This document shows, piece after piece, positions 1 through 9,248 of a stretch of DNA of 64,000 nucleotides. Source of the stretch: Cyanobacteriota bacterium (GTDB lineage: Bacteria; Cyanobacteriota; Cyanobacteriia; Cyanobacteriales; Nostocaceae); the NCBI GenBank assembly GCA_046045965.1, contig JBJOKS010000002.1:1-64000 (forward strand), given 5' to 3'. Every line of letters starts with the position of its first letter. Position 1 is the stretch's first letter. A model generated the notes under the pieces. It searched no databases. It was not told the DNA's origin and saw only the letters and a program-made list of their open reading frames with translations. A program made the translations under genes and the position numbers.

Positions 1-4
1 AGGA

Positions 5-652
5 ATGATTTGGTTACGTAATAGTAATCAAACTAATTTAATAATTACTGCTTTAACTATTTCTACAACTTTACCAGTAATAACCATAACTCCTATTGTA
101 CCTTTATGGAAATTAGGTTTATTTTTTATCAAAGTTGGTAGTGTGTTATTTGGTGGTGGTTATTTACTAATTGCATTTCTGCAAGGTGGCTTAGTAGATG
201 AATATGGGTGGTTAACACAAAAACAGTTATTAGATGCTGTCGCTATTGGTCAATTTACTCCCGGACCAGTGCTTTCTACAGCTACATTTATAGGATATAT
301 AATTGCTGATATACCAGGGGCAATTGTAGCAACTATAGGAATTTTTCTCCCTTCATTTTTATTTGTTCTGATCTTAAATCCTCTCATTCCTCGCTTACGT
401 TCCTCATCTTGGACAAGGGCTTTTTTAGATGCAGTTAATGTCAGTGCTGTGGCTTTAATGGTAGTGACTACATTGCAATTAGGAATAGTTACTTTAACTA
501 TAGAGAAAGTGCCTTATATAGATTTTTTTGGTTTAGTTATTTTCTTTATTTCCGCAGTTTTAGCTATTCGCTATCGCATCAATGCTGCATGGTTGGTATT
601 AGGTGGTGGTTTAATTGGTTGGGGTACTTCAATTTTGGGTTATGTCCAATAA
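5..652 (+). CDS. chrA: Chromate efflux transporter, C-terminal part (gene starts before the window)
   Basis: KVGSVLFGGGY and AIGQFTPGP CHR-family motifs; hydrophobic; open at the window edge. Confidence 0.9.
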   Translation: MIWLRNSNQTNLIITALTISTTLPVITITPIVPLWKLGLFFIKVGSVLFGGGYLLIAFLQGGLVDEYGWLTQKQLLDAVAIGQFTPGPVLSTATFIGYIIADIPGAIVATIGIFLPSFLFVLILNPLIPRLRSSSWTRAFLDAVNVSAVALMVVTTLQLGIVTLTIEKVPYIDFFGLVIFFISAVLAIRYRINAAWLVLGGGLIGWGTSILGYVQ

Positions 653-713
653 CAGATGTATAAATTTAGGTTAGTTATTTAACTATAAATGTAGTCAGAA
701 ATAGGTCAAAAAA

Positions 714-1451
714 ATGGTAGAGCATTACGATAATATATCCCAAGAATATAAAAAATCTAAAGAGTTGCCAATCCGCCTGTATATTGAAACATATATATAT
801 TTTAATATGCTTGGTGATTTGACGGGTAAATCAATTCTTGATCTGGCTTGTGGGGAAGGATTTTACACCAGAAAATTCAAACAAAAAGGTGCATCTCTGG
901 TTGTAGGAGTTGATATTTCCGAAAAAATGGTAGAACTCGCAAGACAGGAAGAAGCTAAAAAACAACTTGATATTGAATATATTGTTGCTGATGTACTTGA
1001 ACTAGGTAAAATTGGTAGTTTCGATCTTGTAGTGGCTTCTTATTTACTAAATTATGCCCAAACAAAAGAACAACTATTAGAAATGTGTCAAAACATCTTC
1101 ATTAACCTCAAACCGGGAGGTCGTTTTGTGACCTTAAACAACAATGGTGAACAATCTCCTAGTTCCTATCTGAACACTGAAAAATATGGATTTATCAAAA
1201 GTATCTCTCAACCACTTCAAGCAGGAACAGCTATAAAATATACATTTTCTGTTGATGGAAAGAAATTCAGTTTTGATAACTATTACCTCAGCAAAGATAC
1301 ATATCAATGGGCATTTCAAACTGTTGGGTTTAAAGATATTCGTTGGCAAAAAACACAAGTTTCTCCTGAAGGAATAGAGGAATTTGGTCAAGAATTTTGG
1401 CAGGATTGTCTTGATTGTGAGCCTTTAATTGGGATTGAGTGTTTTAAATAG
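714..1451 (+). CDS. Class I SAM-dependent methyltransferase
   Basis: ILDLACGEG motif I, VVGVDIS motif II, LKPGG motif. Confidence 0.9.
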   Translation: MVEHYDNISQEYKKSKELPIRLYIETYIYFNMLGDLTGKSILDLACGEGFYTRKFKQKGASLVVGVDISEKMVELARQEEAKKQLDIEYIVADVLELGKIGSFDLVVASYLLNYAQTKEQLLEMCQNIFINLKPGGRFVTLNNNGEQSPSSYLNTEKYGFIKSISQPLQAGTAIKYTFSVDGKKFSFDNYYLSKDTYQWAFQTVGFKDIRWQKTQVSPEGIEEFGQEFWQDCLDCEPLIGIECFK

Positions 1452-1470
1452 TGAATTTTTCATCACCCCA

Positions 1471-2907
1471 TCATCCAATTTTCTCCCGTCTCTCTTGCAA
1501 TTTCAACATAATTTCCGCGTGCATCTCACGGGTAATGGGATAGAAAAATGTCAAAATTAAACCAATAATTAAACAAATTGTGGGTATAGGACCCACTGCA
1601 ATTCTAATAGCTAACAATGCTGATTCCGGTTGGATAGGTAATGTACTTTGTCCAACTACAGCTTCTTTAAAACCCGATGCTTGTAAAGCATTACCTACTA
1701 CAAATAAACCAAAAGCTAAACCAAACTTTTGCAATAAAACCATGAAACCATAAAAAACTCCTTCCCGTCTTTGTCCGGTTTGTAATTCATCTAATTCAAT
1801 CACATCGGGAATCATTGACCAAGGAATTAAATAAGCTGTAGAAACTCCACAACCTGCCATGATAGCCATTAGATACATTAAACCAATTTGATTAGATTGT
1901 AAAAAGAAAAGTCCAGCAGCAGCAATTATCCATAAACTCATTCCTAAGAAATAAACAAGTTTTTTACCAAACCTTTTACTTAAATTACTCCAAACAAATA
2001 ACATTAATAAAGCCGTTGCTTGCACCGCAATCAAAACTGTAGGAACTTCTGAATTTTTTAACCCCATACAATAAAGCACAAAATAAGGAATGATACTGGC
2101 TGTAATTTGTACCCCTAACCAAGAAAAAAGATAAATAGCAATTACAAATAAAAAAGGTTTGTTACTGAAGGCAATTTTTATTTGTTCAATAAAAGGAATC
2201 TCTGCTGGTTCTTCCAATTGGATACGTTTAGCTTCAAAAGCCATAATGCGATCGCGTGTTCCATAAACACACCAATATAAAGATAAAGTCGAAATCACAG
2301 TACAAATTGCTGCTAAAACTAAATACTGTTGTTGAGGATTGGCAATCATAGTAAAAACAATTTGTGCTAAAATCAATGATAAAATACTGCCACCAATGGA
2401 AAAAGTAAAGCGAAAGCTATTTAAACTCGTTCTTTCATCGTAATCTTGAGATAGTTCAGGAGTCATTGCCGTATAAGGCAAATTAACCACAGTAAAAAAC
2501 ACCTGAGATATAATTCCAATGACAACGTAATACCAGAACAATGGCCAAATATTACTACTTGGTTCAGAGCTAAATTGTGGTACAATCCATTGCAAGAAAA
2601 AGAAAATACCAAAAGGAATTGCACCATACAACAACCAAGGTAAACGACGACCCCAGCGCCGAGATTTAGTTTTATCTGTTAATACCCCCACAATTGGATC
2701 ATTGACAGCATCCCAAATTTTGCCAATCATCAAAATACTGCCAGCTAAACCAGCGGGAATACCAGCCACATTTGTAAAGAAAACCAGCAGAAAAAATATG
2801 GCAATATTAGAAGTAATCGCAGGTCCTAAATCTCCAGCACCATAAGCCAATTTAGTTTTCAAATCTAACTTTTCACTGGCTAAATTTTCACTATTAACAT
2901 CGTTCAT
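1471..2907 (-). CDS. MFS glycoside-pentoside-hexuronide (MelB-like) symporter
   Basis: AYGAGDLG, WDAVNDPIVG, RWGRRLPW and QRREGVFYG motifs; about 12 TM segments. Confidence 0.9.
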   Translation of the reverse strand: MNDVNSENLASEKLDLKTKLAYGAGDLGPAITSNIAIFFLLVFFTNVAGIPAGLAGSILMIGKIWDAVNDPIVGVLTDKTKSRRWGRRLPWLLYGAIPFGIFFFLQWIVPQFSSEPSSNIWPLFWYYVVIGIISQVFFTVVNLPYTAMTPELSQDYDERTSLNSFRFTFSIGGSILSLILAQIVFTMIANPQQQYLVLAAICTVISTLSLYWCVYGTRDRIMAFEAKRIQLEEPAEIPFIEQIKIAFSNKPFLFVIAIYLFSWLGVQITASIIPYFVLYCMGLKNSEVPTVLIAVQATALLMLFVWSNLSKRFGKKLVYFLGMSLWIIAAAGLFFLQSNQIGLMYLMAIMAGCGVSTAYLIPWSMIPDVIELDELQTGQRREGVFYGFMVLLQKFGLAFGLFVVGNALQASGFKEAVVGQSTLPIQPESALLAIRIAVGPIPTICLIIGLILTFFYPITREMHAEIMLKLQERREKIG

Positions 2908-2971
2908 AATAACCTACGCTCATATTAAGATAGTTGGGATTTGCTTTCAGTGCTAACTAAAAAATACTTAC

Positions 2972-3502
2972 TTGAGTTTTATGTCAGACCTTTACATATC
3001 TTGGTCAGATTATCACCATAAAATTGAAAAATTGGCAGTTAAGATTTATCAATCAGATTGGGAATTCAATCAAATTGTCTGTCTTGCTAGAGGAGGACTG
3101 CGTGTAGGAGATATTCTCTCCCGCATATATAATCAACCATTAGCAATTTTAGCTACATCATCATACAGTGGCGCGGGTAAACAAGAAAGGGGTGGTTTAA
3201 TTGTTTCCCCTCACTTAACGATGACTACCGACAGGTTAGGTTCCCGAATTTTGTTAGTAGATGATTTAGTAGACTCTGGGGTTACGCTACAACAAACTAT
3301 TCCTTGGTTAAAAGCAAATAGCGAGTTTCTCATTGCAGAAATTCGCACTGCTGTAATTTGGTATAAAGCTTGTTCAGTGATTGCTCCAGATTACTATACT
3401 GATTATTTACCTGATAATCCTTGGATTCATCAACCTTTTGAAATTTATGAACATATAACCCCTAAAGAATTAGCTGAAAAGCCAAATTTAGTAATTACAT
3501 AA
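2972..3502 (+). CDS. Type I phosphoribosyltransferase (purine PRTase-like); likely start ATG 2981
   Basis: LARGG and the PRPP-binding loop ILLVDDLVDSGVT; WIHQPFE C-terminal motif. Confidence 0.88.
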   Translation: MSFMSDLYISWSDYHHKIEKLAVKIYQSDWEFNQIVCLARGGLRVGDILSRIYNQPLAILATSSYSGAGKQERGGLIVSPHLTMTTDRLGSRILLVDDLVDSGVTLQQTIPWLKANSEFLIAEIRTAVIWYKACSVIAPDYYTDYLPDNPWIHQPFEIYEHITPKELAEKPNLVIT

Positions 3503-3519
3503 TCAATAAGACCAGATTT

Positions 3520-3673
<154 letters not shown>

Positions 3674-3691
3674 AGTGCTATCAATAAATCT

Positions 3692-3721
3692 TGTAGAGAT
3701 GTTATAGGAAATGTCTCTACA
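3692..3721. repeat. REP-like palindrome TGTAGAGA...TCTCTACA
   Basis: Inverted repeat; related copy at 49256-49283; lies between convergent genes. Confidence 0.7.
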
Positions 3722-3730
3722 TGGATTAAA

Positions 3731-3870
3731 TTACACATAATTTTCATCTAAAAGTTGTTCTAAAGTATCAGGACAATATTTGGGAAAATCAATTTTAAAC
3801 ATGGTTTTTTGTTTAACATATTTTCAAGCACTTCTATCAATATTTTCTAATTCATAACTCCAAGAATTGG
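3731..3870 (-). pseudogene. DUF29-family C-terminal remnant
   Basis: Minus-strand translation SYELENIDRSA*KYVKQKTMFKIDFPKYCPDTLEQLLDENYV* resembles the DUF29 FP..CPY.LEQLLD end; in-frame TGA at 3824-3826; N-terminus absent. Confidence 0.7.
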
Positions 3871-3967
3871 TTTTTTTAATCATGGCTTTAGTTCGCAATA
3901 AGCAGCTATTTTATCAGCAGGGTCTGAGGTCTATGATACTTATCCAGCAAACTTTTTAGCTTCTTTG

Positions 3968-5752
3968 TCACCCCCTCAACATTTCTACTCTACCTGCTTT
4001 CATGGCAATAATCTGGTCAGCACGACGCAACACAGAAGGCCGATGAGAAACCACAAGACAAGTTGGTGTCCAAGGATTTTCTCCCTGTTCTGTATTAACA
4101 AATATCCGCGACCACAATGCCAATTCTGTCTCCACATCCAAGGCGCTGGAAAGGTCATCAAACACTAATAATTCGGGTTTACGGATAAACATCCGTGCTG
4201 CTGCTACTCGTTGCATTTGTCCACCAGAAAGCCGCACACCTTTGGAACCAACTAAAGTTTCTAGACTTTCATTCATAGTTGCTAAATCTTGTTCAAATAC
4301 AGCCATTTTTAAAGCTGTTTCGATGTCAGAATCATCCTTAGATAATCCTAATAAAATATTTTCTCGCAGGGTATAGCTAAACAACTGAGGAATCTGGGGA
4401 GTATAAGCACTGCGAGGGGGAACAAAGAAAGTAGCAGGATTTTCCACAATATTCTCATTCCAGTAAATACATCCGTTTTGTATAGGTAATAATCCTAATA
4501 ACAGCCGCAGCAATGTAGTTTTACCAGAACCAATCTGACCAGTAATTACTGTTAAACTACCGCGCTGAATTTCAAAGCTGATATCTATAATTCCCTGGTT
4601 AGTACCAGGATAAATATAAGTTAGATGAGAAACTCTCAAAGATTGAAGATTATCTCTCTCATTTTTTAAAGGTTGTTCTATTGCTGGTAAATTTTTCTGG
4701 CGACCATTCAGGTCATTCAGATAAAGTTGATTGGGCGCTACCAATGTATCAGCCGATGCACCAGATAGTAAACCAGCCATCCGTTCAAATGACACTTCTG
4801 TATGCTTAGACAATGCCATAAAACCACCAACAGAAGTAAAAAATCCAGTCACAAATGACAGGTTATAAACAAATAAGGCAAAGTCACCTACTGTTAACTG
4901 ATTAACATCGCTCTTCATTAATTGAGAAGCCAGTAGTAGAATTATTCCTGTCCCCAGATTCACCATATTTTGAAATGAAGAATTGAGAATAGCGTTAAAT
5001 AAACTATCCTTAATCATAGTTTGGCGGCGTTGGTCATTCAAAGTGCGAAAATAATCAAGCACATTTTTTTCTGCACCAGCCACCTTAATTGCTTGCACTG
5101 AACCAAATATTTCTCCTAAAATTCCTGTAACTTTTTCTGTAGCTTGGCGGCTGGCTTTTCTATACTTTTTAATCCGAGTTTCTGCTCGTTGAATAATTGC
5201 TACCATTGCTACTAATGGCAGAAATACAAACAGCGTCATCTGCACGTTGATACTCAATAGAATCACTAAACAAAAAATACCAAATATTCCTTCCCCTGAG
5301 AGTTCTGATATCCATGCAATGTTGTCTTCTATTTGTTCGGCATCATCACGAAAATAGCTAATTATTTCACCCTGAGACACAGTTGTTTCCGCCTCTTTAG
5401 TAACAACTATTGGCTGGGCTGTGGGATTTTTAAATAGGCGGTCTAACAAATTATGTCGCAGTAGTGACCGCATTAGAAAACGGTGCTGGGTTTTTGTAAC
5501 TCGCCCCGCAAATATAACTGCAATATGTCCTAAATTTAGGGCTAGTAATAATACAATTAAAGCTAGAGGTGATAATCCCAATTGTTCCTCGTTTGTCAAA
5601 CGATTGAAAAATTCCCGGATGATTAATCCAGGTAGGGCAGGCAAACCCGTAATTAGAATCCAGCAGATACTATCCAGGATATATAGTTTTGGTTTGTAGC
5701 GAATAAGTTGCCATAATAATTCCCAATGTTTGCGCTTTTTTGTTGAATTCAT
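3968..5752 (-). CDS. ABC transporter, fused permease/ATPase (exporter fold), heterodimer subunit
   Basis: N-terminal TMD; Walker A GQIGSGKT, signature LSGGQ, Walker B LLVFDD. Confidence 0.92.
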   Translation of the reverse strand: MNSTKKRKHWELLWQLIRYKPKLYILDSICWILITGLPALPGLIIREFFNRLTNEEQLGLSPLALIVLLLALNLGHIAVIFAGRVTKTQHRFLMRSLLRHNLLDRLFKNPTAQPIVVTKEAETTVSQGEIISYFRDDAEQIEDNIAWISELSGEGIFGIFCLVILLSINVQMTLFVFLPLVAMVAIIQRAETRIKKYRKASRQATEKVTGILGEIFGSVQAIKVAGAEKNVLDYFRTLNDQRRQTMIKDSLFNAILNSSFQNMVNLGTGIILLLASQLMKSDVNQLTVGDFALFVYNLSFVTGFFTSVGGFMALSKHTEVSFERMAGLLSGASADTLVAPNQLYLNDLNGRQKNLPAIEQPLKNERDNLQSLRVSHLTYIYPGTNQGIIDISFEIQRGSLTVITGQIGSGKTTLLRLLLGLLPIQNGCIYWNENIVENPATFFVPPRSAYTPQIPQLFSYTLRENILLGLSKDDSDIETALKMAVFEQDLATMNESLETLVGSKGVRLSGGQMQRVAAARMFIRKPELLVFDDLSSALDVETELALWSRIFVNTEQGENPWTPTCLVVSHRPSVLRRADQIIAMKAGRVEMLRG

Positions 5753-5794
5753 TATAGTTCCTAGTTGTTAATTTTTAGAATCTCACCCGAACCC

Positions 5795-5811
5795 TCTCCT
5801 TAGTAAGGAGA
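5795..5811. repeat. Short palindromic intergenic repeat TCTCCTTA-G-TAAGGAGA
   Basis: Perfect inverted repeat between the two ABC genes. Confidence 0.6.
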
Positions 5812-5862
5812 AGGAGCAGGAATTTTTTTTTCCTTATACAAGATTGAGTTAGTTTCATCTTT

Positions 5863-7623
5863 TTAGATTAATAAATCGGAGCAGCCAGTTTGTAATAACT
5901 GGGCAAAATGCGATTTGGGATTTTTAACTAATTCTTCGCGTTGACCATATTCACTAATGCGACCTTGTTCTAAAATTAAGATTTGATTTGCTTTTTGGAC
6001 GGTGGCTAAACGATGGGCAATAATTATGCCTGTACGTCCAGTTAGTAATTTATCAATGGCTGTTTCAATCAGTTTTTCGGTAATAGGGTCAAGGCGTGAA
6101 GAGGCTTCATCTAATATCACTAAACCAGGGTCTTTGAGAAATACACGCGTAAAGGCTAGTAACTGCGCTTGTCCCGCAGATAAGCCGCTACTATCTGGCC
6201 CCAAATTTGTATCTAAGCCTTGGGGTAATGAATGCAACCATTCGGATAATCCTAATATTTCTAAGGTTTCATAGATGCGTTCGTCGCTAATTTCCTGGTT
6301 AAAAAAGGTGAGGTTATTCCGCACTGTGGTTTGAAACAGTTGTACATCCTGGGTGACTAATCCAATTTTTTGAGGTAAGTCTGTTGAGCAAGTCTGGTTA
6401 ATTGGTAAGCCTCCCAGGTGAATTGAGCCTGATTTTGGGTCATATAGTCTCAGTAATAACCGCGCTAGGGAAGATTTACCGCTACCTGTACGCCCCAGTA
6501 AACCTAATAGTTGTCCAGCAGGTAAATTAAAGGATATGTCTTGCAGTACCAAATCTCCTTCTCCCGATTTCCGGTCATTGTAGCTAAACCAAAGGTGATC
6601 AAAGGTTACGGAAAGTGCGCCTTGAGGAAGTCGTTGTTCGCCTCCTGCACTGAGTTGGGATTTTTCTTGCAGTAAGTCTTGAATGCGGTAAATACTGGCT
6701 TCTGCTTGTTGGAGTTCTTCAAATTGGTTGCGAATTTGCTCGATGGGTTCGCTGAGTAAGTTGGTATAGTAGTACAGTATATATACTGTACCGATGGTGA
6801 TAATATTTTGACTCCAAAGGTAAGCACCAACGGTTAAGGCGATCGCTGTTCCTAATGTAAAGATACCGTTGGTTGTACCCCAAAGAATTGTACTGGCAAA
6901 GCGGGCTTTGTGATAGATGGGTAGCCAGCCTTGCAAGATTTTGTGGAAGCGTTGCATGACATAGCTTTTAGCACCATTGGCGCGTATGTCTTCCATGCCG
7001 GCGAGTTGTTCACCTACGAAACCAAAAAAATCGGCGCTAATTTGGCGATAAGTTCTCCAATAGGGAACGGCTATGGAACGTAGACGGATTAGTGTTCCTA
7101 ATGCTGTGAGACTAAAAAAGGCGATCGCAATCCCAGCACGCCAATCTTCGGCAAATAGCACTACAATCACACCGGACATTAATAATAAATTGCCCAAGAT
7201 GTAAACGGTAAATTTGGAGAAGAATTCCGAAAGGGTGTGAACATCACCGTCTACTCTCTCTAGTAATTCGCCGGGTGTAGTGAATTTATGAAAGGATAAA
7301 TCTAGTCGTAAACAATGTTCAACTAAGTCAGCGCGTAAGGCGTTGGTGGCTCTCCAAGCGACGTTTTCACCGTAGTAGGTAGCAGCAATTGTGATTAGTT
7401 GAGTTACTAAAGCTACACCTATAAATAGTAGGGCGGATATGAGTAAGTTTTGTCCTGAACCACCAGCTACGGCTGTATCAATGAAATAGCGGAGAATTTG
7501 GGGGTTGACTAATTGTAATCCGATGCTGGCTAGGAGCGCGATCGCAAATTTTAAAACCCTTCCTTTTTGGGGTTTGAGATATTCTACAAGTAAGTTCCAG
7601 TATTGCTGTAGTCCGATTTTCAT
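5863..7623 (-). CDS. ABC transporter, fused permease/ATPase (exporter fold), heterodimer subunit
   Basis: TMD plus GRTGSGKS, LSAGQ, VILDE and IAHRL; overlaps the upstream gene by 4 bp. Confidence 0.92.
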   Translation of the reverse strand: MKIGLQQYWNLLVEYLKPQKGRVLKFAIALLASIGLQLVNPQILRYFIDTAVAGGSGQNLLISALLFIGVALVTQLITIAATYYGENVAWRATNALRADLVEHCLRLDLSFHKFTTPGELLERVDGDVHTLSEFFSKFTVYILGNLLLMSGVIVVLFAEDWRAGIAIAFFSLTALGTLIRLRSIAVPYWRTYRQISADFFGFVGEQLAGMEDIRANGAKSYVMQRFHKILQGWLPIYHKARFASTILWGTTNGIFTLGTAIALTVGAYLWSQNIITIGTVYILYYYTNLLSEPIEQIRNQFEELQQAEASIYRIQDLLQEKSQLSAGGEQRLPQGALSVTFDHLWFSYNDRKSGEGDLVLQDISFNLPAGQLLGLLGRTGSGKSSLARLLLRLYDPKSGSIHLGGLPINQTCSTDLPQKIGLVTQDVQLFQTTVRNNLTFFNQEISDERIYETLEILGLSEWLHSLPQGLDTNLGPDSSGLSAGQAQLLAFTRVFLKDPGLVILDEASSRLDPITEKLIETAIDKLLTGRTGIIIAHRLATVQKANQILILEQGRISEYGQREELVKNPKSHFAQLLQTGCSDLLI

Positions 7624-7991
7624 GGTGTAGGAGGGATGCGTACTAAGAGATGCGATCGCAATTTTCCTGGCATTTTGGGGGGTAACACATATCCATTTTT
7701 ACTATCGTGATACATTTGGCTGAATTGCAACAAGTCATTGATGTTTTCTTCTGTCAACTTAACAAAGTGATATGTATATTTTTGGGGACAAACAAATGTC
7801 ACAACACAAGAGCGATCGCAAGTCCACAAACAATCTTCAGCCTGAATATTGATATTTTTGTAAACTGGATTGTTGTTTTGAGCTTCCAGAATTTTAATCA
7901 ATAGTTGGTTTCCTTCAGCACGTTCATCTTCTTCATCGTGACCAAAAATAGCACTACAAGATTTACAAACAAATAAGGTATGAGGTGTCAT
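7620..7991 (-). CDS. DUF1636-family Cys-rich putative metal-binding protein
   Basis: LFVCKSC and CLWTCDRSCVV cysteine pattern; located in an iron-uptake operon. Confidence 0.8.
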   Translation of the reverse strand: MTPHTLFVCKSCSAIFGHDEEDERAEGNQLLIKILEAQNNNPVYKNINIQAEDCLWTCDRSCVVTFVCPQKYTYHFVKLTEENINDLLQFSQMYHDSKNGYVLPPKMPGKLRSHLLVRIPPTP

Positions 7992-8217
7992 AACTGATAA
8001 GTTACTAAAAACTACTTCAACTAATTCTTTTTATAATTCATTCATCAGGAATATCTGGTGAGAATATTGGATAATTTAGTTAAATCTGTATATTGCCAAT
8101 GTAAAATTTTCAATGGCTGATTTTGTGTAAATCATTAAAAATCTCACTTTTAACTCCTATGACATTGATGAATTATCAAGCGATAAATTAGCATAATTAT
8201 CACTAACTCCATAAACT

Positions 8218-9231
8218 TCAAGGCGTGTTAATTAGATACTTAAATAAGTCATCCAGAATTGCATTTGCAGCTAAAATACCACTACCAATCCAATAACTTT
8301 GAACTAAATAAACTTTATTTTCTTTTACAGCTTTTAAATTTTTCCATAGGGGATTTGATTTAAGTTGTTCTAATTTCTTGTTGGCTGTTTCATTCTCTTG
8401 ACTGGTATTTTCACCTGTCCAGACAAATATAACATCACCGTCTGCTTTTTCAATTAATTCATTACCTATAGAAATTTGTACGGAATTACCAAATAATTTT
8501 TTTGCCTCTGAGGCATTTATATTTTGGGATTCTGGACGAGATAATCCGGCATCTTGTAAAACAGTTCCACAGAAAGAATCAAGTAAATAAATGTTAACAT
8601 TATTAGGATAAATTCGCACTACAGAAACTTGATTTTTTGATAAATTATCACCCATTTTCTGCTGAAATTCTTCAAGGCGACGATAATAGTGTTCCATTAA
8701 TTCTTGACCGAGTTCTTTCCTACCTAACGCCAAGCTAAAATTTTTAAACACCTCTTTCCATTGACTACTATTTTCAAATTCTAATAAAACTGTAGGAGCA
8801 ATTTTTGAACTAAGAGAATATATGTATTTTTGATAGTCAAGTCCTAAAATCAAATCAGGTTTAAGTACAAGAATACTTTCTAAATTAGGTTCACCAATTT
8901 GCCCAATGTTTTTTACTCCTGTCAACTGTTTTTGTAAATATGATGAAAAATCCGATATCACACTACCAACAGGTTGAATACCGAGTGCGATCGCATTTTC
9001 CAAAGAAGCTGGATCTAACGTCACAACTCTCTCTAATTTATCTGGAATACAGCTGATACCCGCAGCGTGTTCTACTTGACGACAAGCTGTATTTGTAATT
9101 TGGTGATGAACAGGTATAGAACCACCATAATGACAAGCTACGGTTACGATTAGAGTACACAATATTGTGAACACAAATCGCCACCAGTGAGTTAAGATTT
9201 TGATTTTCATATCACTGTCATTCATGAGCAA
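8218..9231 (-). CDS. Iron-siderophore ABC periplasmic binding lipoprotein (FhuD/FecB family)
   Basis: Lipobox-like VTVAC; ERVVTLD, EPNLESILVLKPDLILG and LWKNLKAVKENKVY motifs. Confidence 0.92.
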   Translation of the reverse strand: MLMNDSDMKIKILTHWWRFVFTILCTLIVTVACHYGGSIPVHHQITNTACRQVEHAAGISCIPDKLERVVTLDPASLENAIALGIQPVGSVISDFSSYLQKQLTGVKNIGQIGEPNLESILVLKPDLILGLDYQKYIYSLSSKIAPTVLLEFENSSQWKEVFKNFSLALGRKELGQELMEHYYRRLEEFQQKMGDNLSKNQVSVVRIYPNNVNIYLLDSFCGTVLQDAGLSRPESQNINASEAKKLFGNSVQISIGNELIEKADGDVIFVWTGENTSQENETANKKLEQLKSNPLWKNLKAVKENKVYLVQSYWIGSGILAANAILDDLFKYLINTP

Positions 9232-9248
9232 CTATACCTGTAATTACC

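Noticed and set aside
714..1451. Methyltransferase as a tailoring enzyme of the cluster
   Set aside because: Separated from the island by unrelated genes and apparently co-transcribed with chrA; no supporting evidence
8070..8165. Possible 23-codon minus-strand ORF after an AGGAG (MRFLMIYTKSAIENFTLAIYRFN)
   Set aside because: Too short, GTG start, no recognisable similarity
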